Source: Bdellovibrio sp.
GTDB taxonomy: Bacteria; Bdellovibrionota; Bdellovibrionia; Bdellovibrionales; Bdellovibrionaceae
Length of the DNA: 16,397 bases
Reading direction: 5' to 3'
NCBI GenBank assembly: GCA_046318155.1
Contig: JBKCUU010000075.1
Location: 1 to 16,397, forward strand
The translations under genes were made by a program, and so were the position numbers. Under the pieces are notes generated by a model. It saw nothing but the letters and a program-made list of their open reading frames with translations, was not told the origin of the DNA and did no database searches. This document shows positions 8,005 to 15,909 of this stretch, in pieces (within the stretch, counting starts at the first letter, position 1; each line of letters starts with the position of its first letter).

Positions 8005-9693
8005 TTACTTTTGAACAGACCAATTTTCGATTTCGTTGGTCTCGGCAAACTGGTGACCGGGCAAACGGAAACCTTTAAGCGCAAGCGGAGTGACCGCCAC
8101 ATCCGAACGGTAGTACAACGGGATCACGGGGACTTCGTCGGTGTAGTACTTCAGAATTTCTTGAGCCAAAGCGGTTCGTTTTTTAGGATCGAATTCGGTT
8201 TCGATTTTCTCGATGAGTTCGTCCACTTTTTTGTTGCTGTAAGCCATGTTGTTTTGTCCCGACCAGCCGTTCTTTTCAGACGGGATGTTCGAGCTGTGTA
8301 AAACTGATTTCGGACTGTTCTCGGGAGAAGACACCCACGCGTACATCGCCATCGCGCCGTAATCGCGCTTTTTCATCGTATCGGCAAAAAACACACGAGC
8401 CGGTTCATTCTTAATGTTCACTTCGATGCCCACTGATTTCCACTGACCTTGCAAAAAAGTTTGCACTGTTTCGCGAGTTTTGTTTCCGGCGGTCGTCATG
8501 AACTGCATGGTCATTTTTTTGCCATCTTTGTAGCGGTAGCCGTCGCTGGTGTTGAGTTTCCAGCCAGCTTCGTCAAGAAGTCGTCCCGCTTCGCGCTTTG
8601 AGTAAGGGTAAAGCGTGATTTTTTTAGGATCATTCGTAAACCAAGGATCGATCGGAGACACGTTGTGGATCGCGACTTGTTGTTTGCCATCGAACAAAGC
8701 TTTGACCAGTTCTTCGCGGTTAATCGCGTACACCAAGGCCTTACGGACTCTGACGTCTTTAAGCATGGGGTTGCCAAGGTTCAAGTCGATGTGCTCGTAG
8801 GTGATCGAGGGCTTAAACTCAGCGTTGAACAATAACGACTCGGACTTGATTTTCTTTTCGAAAGCCACGGCTTGGTCAAAAGAAAAGCCAAGTGAAGAAA
8901 CCATGTCGATGGTGCCCGAGCGTAGGTTGGCCTCGAGAGTCGCGGTGTTAGGGATCAACTTCACGATGATTTTTTTGATCTTGGGCGCTGATCCGTAGAA
9001 GTGCTCATTGGGGATCAAGGTCACATGCGATCCTAATTTCACTTCAGAGATTTTGTAAGGACCATTGTACAAACCAGGAGTTGTGGGGGCCTTGTTGTAA
9101 AGCGAGTTTTTCTCGTAACCTTCTTTTTGGTCTTTGTGTTTGGCAAAAACAGCGGCCTCTAAGTGCTTAGGCAAGGGGCGGAACTGAGCCAGTTGGTTAA
9201 AATCCCAGCGTGCTTTGCCATAAGTGAAGGTGCACACTTTTGGCGTCTTTTCGTCCCAAGTGATTTTGCTGACTTGCGTGTAGGTCTCTTTTTCGCCGAC
9301 CGAGACGGTGGGAGAGGCGGCAACTTGAAGTGAAAAATCAAAATCGGCGCAAGTGAGGGGTTTGCCATCGGACCACTTGGCGTTGTCCAAAATTTCCCAC
9401 GTGGCGATGATTTGTTTTTTATCCGGTGTGAAAACGGCTTTTTTGTTTTCGATGGTCGGGATTTGTTTTGCCAGTTGAGGGATCCATTTACCATCGGGGC
9501 TCAATGTCACGAGGCTGCGACCCACCATCGAATAGATGTAGGACGTGGCTGACATCGTCATAATCAGCGGATTCAGGTTTTCGAACTCCTGCGTGATGCC
9601 GATTTTGAGTTCGTCATTGTTGACGGCGGCTCTCGCGCTGATCGAGCTTGTAAGCAAGAGGCCCAGAACCAGAACGTTCAATGTTCTTTTCAT
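8005..9693 (-). CDS. oppA: Peptide ABC transporter substrate-binding protein, family 5 (OppA/DppA/AppA-like)
   Basis: Signal peptide; KWSDGKPLTCADF, NGPYK, DVRVRKAL..AINRE, EVPVIPLY; AGGAG SD. Confidence 0.93.
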   Translation of the reverse strand: MKRTLNVLVLGLLLTSSISARAAVNNDELKIGITQEFENLNPLIMTMSATSYIYSMVGRSLVTLSPDGKWIPQLAKQIPTIENKKAVFTPDKKQIIATWEILDNAKWSDGKPLTCADFDFSLQVAASPTVSVGEKETYTQVSKITWDEKTPKVCTFTYGKARWDFNQLAQFRPLPKHLEAAVFAKHKDQKEGYEKNSLYNKAPTTPGLYNGPYKISEVKLGSHVTLIPNEHFYGSAPKIKKIIVKLIPNTATLEANLRSGTIDMVSSLGFSFDQAVAFEKKIKSESLLFNAEFKPSITYEHIDLNLGNPMLKDVRVRKALVYAINREELVKALFDGKQQVAIHNVSPIDPWFTNDPKKITLYPYSKREAGRLLDEAGWKLNTSDGYRYKDGKKMTMQFMTTAGNKTRETVQTFLQGQWKSVGIEVNIKNEPARVFFADTMKKRDYGAMAMYAWVSSPENSPKSVLHSSNIPSEKNGWSGQNNMAYSNKKVDELIEKIETEFDPKKRTALAQEILKYYTDEVPVIPLYYRSDVAVTPLALKGFRLPGHQFAETNEIENWSVQK

Positions 9694-9715
9694 TTCTTTC
9701 TCCTAGGAAAGGGGG

Positions 9716-10696
9716 TCATTTTTCGTATAGCCAGCAGGCCGCTTTATGAGCTGGGTCCGCCGGGTTATGAGTTAACAAAGAGGGGGTCTTTTTGTCGCAA
9801 ATCTCCATCCGATGAGCACAGCGCGGGTGAAAGGCGCAGCCGACCGGTGGATTTCAGGGACTGGGGACTTCGCCCCCAAGAGATTTTTTAATTTTGCGTT
9901 TACCTTCACCGATGCGCGGGATGGCCTGAATCAGCGCCTGCGTGTAAGGGTGCTGAGGGTTGCGAAACAGTTCTTCGCGGGGAGCGATCTCGACGATTTT
10001 TCCAAGATACATCACCGCAATGCGGTCGCAGATGTGCTCGATCACGGAGAGGTCATGTGAGATGAAAACGTAGGTCAGGTTGAACTGGCGTTGCAAGTCC
10101 TTCATCAAGTTCAAGATTTGTGCTTGAATCGAGACGTCCAAGGCCGAGACCGGTTCGTCACAAATAATTAACGAGGGTTCAAGAGCCAAAGCTCTGGCGA
10201 TGCAAATCCGCTGCTTTTGTCCGCCTGAGAACTCGTGCGGGTAGCGGTTGATGTGCGAGGCCTTTAGGCCCACCGTTTCGAGCAAGGCTTTAACTTTGGC
10301 TTCGCGCTCACGAGATTTTAAAATGCCATGGATTTCAAAGGGCTCCGACAAAATCGCGCCCACGGTCATGCGAGGATCCAGCGACGCGTAGGGATCTTGA
10401 AAGATCATCTGCATGTTTCGGCGCTCAAGACGCAGCTTCTCGCCGCGCAGACCTAAGAAGTTTTTGCCGTTAAACTGCACTTCACCCGAGGTGGGTTCGT
10501 ACAACCGGATCAGCGCACGGCCGAGCGTTGATTTTCCGCAGCCCGACTCGCCGACAAGACCCAATGTTTCGCCGCGTTTGATTTCTAAAGAAACATCATC
10601 AACCGCTTTGACCTGCGCCACTTCGCGCATGAGCAGGCCTTGCTTCACCGGGAAATGTTTTTTGAGATGTTTCACAGCCAAAATCACGTCGTTCAC
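9716..10696 (-). CDS. oppF: Peptide ABC transporter ATPase OppF/DppF, interrupted by an in-frame TGA at 9856-9854
   Basis: [29 protein letters not shown]. After GEVPSP-TGA the same frame reads NPPVGCAFHPRCAHRMEICD...AACWLYEK to TGA at 9716. Confidence 0.9.
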
Positions 10697-10707
10697 GAGA
10701 GAGGTCC

Positions 10708-11670
10708 TTACATCGGGTTAAAGCAGGCGACCAAATTTGATCCCATCTGCTCGAGTGGCGGCCGAGTTGTTTTACAAATTGCAAGCGCGTTGGGGCAGCG
10801 GTTCTCAAAGGGGCAGCCTTTTGGCAGCTCGTGAGGCGCGGGAACCGATCCCTCGATGGTTTGAAGTTTATCAACCCGGTGGCCAAATTTGGGCCGCGAG
10901 TTGATCAACGCCACCGTGTAAGGGTGGCGAGGATTGTTAAAAATATCTTTGGCCGAGGCGGTCTCGCAGGTCTGACCACCGTACATGACCATCACGCGGT
11001 CCGAGATTTCGGAGATGACACCTAAGTCATGCGTGATGAACTGAACGGTCATCTTGAATTTTTCTTGGATATCTTGAATGAGTTCTAAAATTTGCGCCTG
11101 AATCGTAACATCTAAAGCGGTCGTGGGCTCATCGGCGATCAAAAACTTGGGATCGCAAGACAAGGCCATGGCGATCATCGCGCGCTGGCGCATCCCTCCC
11201 GAGAGTTGGTGCGAGTAGGAATCAACGCGTTTTTCAGGCGAAGGGATGCCAACGAGACGGATCATCTCGATAGAGCGTTCACGCGCTTCTTTCTGCGAGA
11301 CTTTTTTGTGCTTAAGGATTTGTTCGTCGAGTTGGCGACCAATCGTCAAAACGGGATTGAGCGCAGTCATGGGCTCTTGAAAGATCATAGCCATTTCTTC
11401 GCCGCGGACCTGCTCCATTTCGTGTTCAGAGAGTTTTAAGAGATCGCGGCCATTGAGGATGACTTCACCTTTGGTGACGCGGCCAGGTTTTTCGATCAAG
11501 CCCATGAGCGAAAAAGAGGTGACGGATTTGCCGCAGCCGGATTCGCCGACAATGCCCAAGGTCTCGCCGCCGCGAATGTCATAAGACACGCCATTAACGG
11601 CACGGAACGGCCCTAGCCTGGTGGTAAAAGTCGTTTCAAGGTTTCGAACGCTCAAAACCGGGTTTGACAA
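10708..11670 (-). CDS. oppD: Peptide ABC transporter ATPase OppD/DppD
   Basis: TTG start at 11670 after [34 protein letters not shown]; intact 4-Cys tail [12 protein letters not shown]. Confidence 0.95.
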   Translation of the reverse strand: MSNPVLSVRNLETTFTTRLGPFRAVNGVSYDIRGGETLGIVGESGCGKSVTSFSLMGLIEKPGRVTKGEVILNGRDLLKLSEHEMEQVRGEEMAMIFQEPMTALNPVLTIGRQLDEQILKHKKVSQKEARERSIEMIRLVGIPSPEKRVDSYSHQLSGGMRQRAMIAMALSCDPKFLIADEPTTALDVTIQAQILELIQDIQEKFKMTVQFITHDLGVISEISDRVMVMYGGQTCETASAKDIFNNPRHPYTVALINSRPKFGHRVDKLQTIEGSVPAPHELPKGCPFENRCPNALAICKTTRPPLEQMGSNLVACFNPM

Positions 11671-11688
11671 TGCGCATCCTCCGAGATG

Positions 11689-11747
11689 AAAAACTGGAGC
11701 TGAAGCTCCAGGCCAGGTTGTGTAGCAAGTCACATTGCAAAAATCAA
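11689..11747 (-). promoter_or_regulatory. Putative opp promoter (TTGATT-17-TACACA) followed by a hairpin plus T5
   Basis: -35 at 11747-42; TG-extended -10 at 11724-19; CTGGAGC-TTCA-GCTCCAG-TTTTT at 11711-11689, just before the SD. Confidence 0.5.
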
Positions 11748-11806
11748 AGAAGTTCCATCATGTTTTCTTTGGCACTCACATGAATAAATTTCGGTTAAGT
11801 TTGGCA

Positions 11807-12832
11807 TTAGAAAAACTTTTGCTTTTCCAAGCCTGTGATCAGTCGAAGAAAGGTTTTCTCCACTGACTTGCCCATTAAGTCAGCAATTTTCTCTTGGAAG
11901 GTGCGCGATTTTTGGTAGCGAACTTCTAGAATCGAGGCGTCTTCTTTGAGCTTTTCTAAAACAAAGTCATCTGAAGTTTTGATCTTGTCGACCAAACCCA
12001 AACGCAAAGCTTGCTCGCCGTACCAGTATTCGCCCGTCGCGACTTTCGAAAGATCCAAAGTGGGGCGAAAGCGGCTCACGAACTGCTTAAACAGGGCGTG
12101 CGTTTCTTCGAGTTGCTCGACAAACTTCTCTTCACCTTTGTGGGTGATCTCGCCGAAAATACTCACCGTTCTCTTGAACTCGCCCGCCGTGTACTCTTTG
12201 TATTCGACGTCATGTTTTTTTAGAACCTTGTGAAAATTAGGAACTTGGGCGAGGACTCCGATGGACCCGACAATGGCAAACGGTGCCGAAATAATCTCAT
12301 GCGCCACAACGGCCATCAAATAACCACCACTCGCCGCCACTTGGTCAACTGCCACGGTGAGGCGCAGGCCGGCCTCGCGCAGCCGGATCAGCTGAGCGGC
12401 CGCAAAACCATAGCCGTGAACGACGCCGCCGGGCGATTCGACACAGCAAAGGACTTCATCGCCAGCAGCGGCGGCTTGTAAAATCGCGTTCACTTCCTCG
12501 CGAAGCGAGTCCCCTTGGGTGGCTTTCACGTCGCCATCAAAACGCAAAACATAGAGCTGCTTTTGCTCCGCACTGGTGACTTCTTTTTTTTTGCGCTTTT
12601 TCTCTGCTTTGCTTTTTTTGTTCTCGGCTTTGATGTCTTCTTTGCTCAGGCGAAAGCTGCGCAGAAAAAAACCGACTTGCTTGAGCTTATCGTGCAAGGG
12701 CTCAACTTCGAGTTCTTGTGCTTGGCCGGCGCGAGCCACCAAAAATGCGATCAGCAAGATCAGCGACCCGAATAAGAATAAAATCACAAACGCTTTTCCG
12801 GCAAAAAGCAGAAGTTCCAGCATGATATCCAT
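11807..12832 (-). CDS. sohB: Protease SohB (peptidase S49)
   Basis: N-terminal TM, Lys-rich region, FDGDVKA, ESPGGVVHGYG, VAASGGY, GSIGV, TAGEFKRT, ATGEYW. Confidence 0.95.
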   Translation of the reverse strand: MDIMLELLLFAGKAFVILFLFGSLILLIAFLVARAGQAQELEVEPLHDKLKQVGFFLRSFRLSKEDIKAENKKSKAEKKRKKKEVTSAEQKQLYVLRFDGDVKATQGDSLREEVNAILQAAAAGDEVLCCVESPGGVVHGYGFAAAQLIRLREAGLRLTVAVDQVAASGGYLMAVVAHEIISAPFAIVGSIGVLAQVPNFHKVLKKHDVEYKEYTAGEFKRTVSIFGEITHKGEEKFVEQLEETHALFKQFVSRFRPTLDLSKVATGEYWYGEQALRLGLVDKIKTSDDFVLEKLKEDASILEVRYQKSRTFQEKIADLMGKSVEKTFLRLITGLEKQKFF

Positions 12833-12963
12833 AGGCTCCTCACCCGGTCCGGGCGTCGTTTGCTATAAGTCAAAGGTCTAGGCCCGCGGATTCAATCACT
12901 TCTTGGGCCTGAGGCCAAGTGAAAAGCCTTGCGGACCGAGGGTTTAGATTAGAATCTGATGAT

Positions 12964-13659
12964 ATGCGGCACATCACTCTCATCTTGGGTTTTATTTTGA
13001 TTTCGGGGGCGTCCCACGCTCGTGACGTCGATTCGAAAGCGGACCTGGAGCGTCTGCGCGGCTTTGATTCATGGCTGCGCCAGCAACTTGACGACGAGAA
13101 AGAGCGCCTGTCTGACGTTGACGATGTTCACAAGCAGCGTCTGGCGTGGGAGCGCCGCAAACTTGAAGATCTCGAAATCTACAAACGCGAGCACGCCAAA
13201 CTCAAAGCCCGATTAGGTGAAGCCTCAGCCGAGTACCGCGAAGATCTCAAAGAAAAACGTGAAGACCAACTCAGGCTCGACAAAGCCCGCCGGGATCAAG
13301 TGCAAGAGCGCGAGGCCCGCCGCCGCGAAGAACGAGCAACCATCACCCTGAGTGAGGAGAGCGAGCTCGGGATCGACCGCGACTTGCCTCGGGTTGACTG
13401 GAAAAAGCGCAAGTTTTTTGCCGTGACCGGAACGGGGAGTTCTGGCGGAAGATTCTCGGGAAGTCCTGGCGGAAGTGCCGGCTCCGCGCCGCCTCCAGAT
13501 TTTATGGGAACCAACATTCCAGCGCCGCCGCCCCCCGATTTTTATGAGTCAGAGCCACCTCCTCCTCCGCCGCCGCCGCCGATGGAGCCGGGTGGATTTC
13601 CAGGTGCGTTTGACGATCCAATCCCGCCGCCAATCTTTGACGAACCGCCCGATTTCTAA
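12964..13659 (+). CDS. Secreted hypothetical protein: signal peptide, charged coiled coil, acidic poly-Pro tail
   Basis: MRHITLILGFILISGASHA|R from ATG 12964 (track start 12919); E/R/K-rich helix; PPPPPPPPP run. Confidence 0.8.
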   Translation: MRHITLILGFILISGASHARDVDSKADLERLRGFDSWLRQQLDDEKERLSDVDDVHKQRLAWERRKLEDLEIYKREHAKLKARLGEASAEYREDLKEKREDQLRLDKARRDQVQEREARRREERATITLSEESELGIDRDLPRVDWKKRKFFAVTGTGSSGGRFSGSPGGSAGSAPPPDFMGTNIPAPPPPDFYESEPPPPPPPPPMEPGGFPGAFDDPIPPPIFDEPPDF

Positions 13660-13679
13660 AGCCTGCCTCGGAGCTGCCT

Positions 13680-14375
13680 TTAGGTTTTCATAAAATTTTG
13701 CCAAGACTCGCCGGTGACTTTTTCGAGACGCTTCAAAAGGTACAGCAGCAAGAGGGTCATCAAGATCATCGAGGGCACAACGATGACCAGAGCGGACCAG
13801 CCGGTCATCTCTGCGATTTGTTCATTTAAGACTGTTGAACGCTCGGCTTCACCCAAATTGTTATCCAAAGGGACGAAGATTCGTGCGGCTAACACAAAGT
13901 TTAAAATGGCGCTGACAAAAAAACTGGCCGAGAGCCACATCGTTCCCACGACAAGCAGTTGATGAAAATCTTTTTCGGCCGAGCGCTCTTTTAAAGTCGC
14001 CTCGAGTTTTTGCACTTGCATGATTTGCGGGTTGAGCAGGAGCGCCTGCATGAAGGGTTTTTTGCTTCGGCTGCTCGCCAAGACAAAGAGGCCCACTAAA
14101 GCGGGAAAGGCGGCTTCTTTGACCGCAAACCAAATTCCAGAAAGACCCGAAAGCGCAAGTCCGCCGGTCACCAAAACATTCAGCAAACCCAACACCGAGA
14201 CCGGGCTGACCGATTTATTTTTTGCCAGGTAAAAAGCGCCGTAAAGAAGAGGACACGCCAGGGCAACGACGACGGCCAACTGAGGTCCAATTTTAGCGGA
14301 CAGCTTATTCAGAATTAAAATCGGTAAAAAGATATTGGCGAGAAGGCTGACAAACCAATTTTCGGATGATGACAT
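13680..14375 (-). CDS. VC0807-family (IspZ/YciB-like) membrane protein
   Basis: ENWFVSLLANIFLPILILNKLS, SVLGLLNVLVTGG, WFAVKEAAFP, NEQIAEMT..S; several TM helices. Start uncertain (14375, 14387 or 14411). Confidence 0.8.
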   Translation of the reverse strand: MSSSENWFVSLLANIFLPILILNKLSAKIGPQLAVVVALACPLLYGAFYLAKNKSVSPVSVLGLLNVLVTGGLALSGLSGIWFAVKEAAFPALVGLFVLASSRSKKPFMQALLLNPQIMQVQKLEATLKERSAEKDFHQLLVVGTMWLSASFFVSAILNFVLAARIFVPLDNNLGEAERSTVLNEQIAEMTGWSALVIVVPSMILMTLLLLYLLKRLEKVTGESWQNFMKT

Positions 14376-14490
14376 GCCAGGTAGCATGGACGAAAACGGT
14401 GAGGCACGCAAGCCTTACTTAGGGCGAGTCGCAAGGGCTCCTGACGAACAATTATTGTCGGAATCAAATTGATCCTGTCATGATACAGCC

Positions 14491-14966
14491 ATGTTTGCGA
14501 GACGATATTCTGTTTGCACCTTGCACCTTGCTTCTGACTCTCAGCGTTTGGCCCGCTCATGCGCAAGAGGGGACGGTGGCCCCGCAGGTGTCTTCGCCTA
14601 CCCGGGCGTCCTCGAACTCGCCGGCCGCAAGTCCGCCCGTACAAAGTCCCGCACCTAAACAATTGCCCAAACCTCCGCCGGAGCCTTCGGTTCAAGTCGT
14701 GTTTAAGCGATCGGGGCAAGTTGTCGACGTCAAAGTCCGTGGAAAATGGAATTTTTTCGAAGTCGCCCCGGGCGCGCGCGCTCTTTGCGCAGATTTTGAT
14801 TGAGCAACCCACTGGGCCTAAAATCAAAAGCGTTCGTACCGGAGCCCACGGCATGGTCAAGCCCGAATGGGTCCAAAGCGACAAAGTGATTCTGGCACTA
14901 GGAGCCATAAAGAGTAGGTTCTGCGAGAAAAGCAGAAGTCAGCGTGTTTTAAAAAAATGGAATTAA
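14491..14966 (+). pseudogene. Secreted Pro-linker protein apparently split by two frameshifts
   Basis: Removing one TTGCACC unit (14514-27) gives MFARRYSVCTLLLTLSVWPAHA|QE. A second shift near 14751-14781 would join ...VKVRGKWN to ALFAQILIEQPTGPKIK...KKWN. Confidence 0.5.
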
Positions 14967-14969
14967 TTG

Positions 14970-15001
14970 AAAAAACAAAGCCCAACGGAAAATCGCTGGG
15001 C
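14970..15001 (-). terminator. Rho-independent terminator on the minus strand
   Basis: GCCCAGCG-ATTTTC-CGTTGGGC-TTTGTTTTTT; the internal G-U pair forms only on the minus strand. Confidence 0.7.
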
Positions 15002-15104
15002 CGCTGTTTGTGAATGCAGTGTTATAAAAGCCCGTCACAATCTCTTAAATACCAGGGAGAACCCGCTGTTCTCGCCACCGAATGGAGGCGCCGATCTGGA
15101 GTGA

Positions 15105-15128
15105 GTAGAACCGTAGAACCGTAGAACC
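15105..15128 (+). repeat. Tandem repeat (GTAGAACC)x3
   Basis: Three exact 8-bp copies. Confidence 0.95.
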
Positions 15129-15420
15129 CAAGATTTTAAACTTCGTAAACCGTGGGGGTTCGACCAGCGTTACGAATGGTGCGCAGGAACTCGGAGTAGA
15201 CGAACCGCACCAAAATATTCAAACTACTTCAGGCCTTAGTTTATTTCGATTTGAGACCATTTTAAAATTTGAATTTGATGTCGTCGTTGAACCCAAATCA
15301 CTGTCACCGCAAAATCTTCGCGATCTTGTTCGCTTGCACGGCGGGGCATGCGCTGCAGGTCGAGGGATTGGAGCGTCGGAGGCATTTGTCAGACAGAATC
15401 AGGAAAGAGATCTTTTTTGA
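15109..15420 (+). pseudogene. Start-less 103-codon frame: recombinase-tail-like segment followed by a Cro-like HTH
   Basis: ...VEPKILNFVNRGGSTSVTNGAQELGVDEP...SLSPQNLRDLVRLHGGACAAGRGIGASEAFVRQNQERDLF*. Absent from the track because it has no early start codon. Confidence 0.5.
15157..15206. mobile_element. Candidate serine-recombinase attachment site (attP-like) with a tRNA 3'-end core
   Basis: GGTTCG (15157-62) and CGAACC (15201-06) are symmetric about GC 15181-82; core TGGTGCGCAGGA is the reverse complement of TCCTGCGCACCA. Confidence 0.45.
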
Positions 15421-15448
15421 TGTCGATTTTTTGGAGCTGGATCGAATT

Positions 15449-15476
15449 GCCCCAGATTTGATTACAAGTCTGGGGT
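15449..15476 (+). terminator. Hairpin after the HTH frame (possible weak terminator)
   Basis: GCCCCAGATTTG-ATTA-CAAGTCTGGGGT; G-U pairs favour the plus strand; poor U-tract. Confidence 0.45.
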
Positions 15477-15618
15477 CTGAAGTTTGATGCACGAAGTAGG
15501 TTTTAAGAAAACCCACTTTTACTGGAAAGGCACGACTCGAAAAGGTGAAGGCGACGGAGTTTTTACCCGCACTGAAAAGGGTGAGGCTTGCCAGTCGTTG
15601 AAAGGTAGCTCTAATAAA

Positions 15619-15643
15619 CACGCCTTTTGGACCAAAAGGCGTG
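15619..15643. repeat. Perfect palindrome CACGCCTTTTGG-A-CCAAAAGGCGTG
   Basis: 12-bp arms with a 1-nt spacer. Confidence 0.9.
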
Positions 15644-15909
15644 AGAGGCAGAAGGCATCTCGCGCAAAAGATTCCGAGCGTTTGAATTTCCTCAAACAAG
15701 TGTTTAGCGACCACGAGAAATCTGAAAAACAAGTTTAAATATTGATGTTTATAGTGAATTTGAAGAACGGTAAAACTCATTTTTCGAAGGAGCTGCTGAT
15801 TTTTCACTTCAAATAGTTTGTGTTTGAAAATAATTTAAATCGATTTTTATATGACTTTCTGATCGTGAGTTTTCAGTCAAAAACAAAAAAATATTTGTGT
15901 GGTAACATG

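Noticed and set aside
9854..9856. Genome-wide TGA reassignment or selenocysteine
   Set aside because: Only one internal TGA occurs across many long genes. The same gene needs TGA 9716 as its stop or it would run into oppA. The position is not a Cys site and no convincing SECIS hairpin follows.
15140..15212. Intact tRNA gene (GGTTCGA, CGCACCA)
   Set aside because: No cloverleaf can be built on either strand; spacing is wrong for D, anticodon and T arms.
15105..15293. CRISPR array from the GAACC-containing repeats
   Set aside because: Units are 8 bp and directly tandem, with no spacers and no cas genes.
15525..15600. c-di-GMP-I (GEMM) riboswitch
   Set aside because: AAAGGCAC..GAAA is reminiscent, but the GCAAAG junction and tetraloop receptor are not evident; cmscan would be needed.
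15304..15807. 167-aa minus-strand ORF, plus short ORFs 15269..15487, 15899..16096 and 16100..16315
   Set aside because: No SD or recognisable motifs; they overlap the more protein-like HTH frame or the structured tracts.
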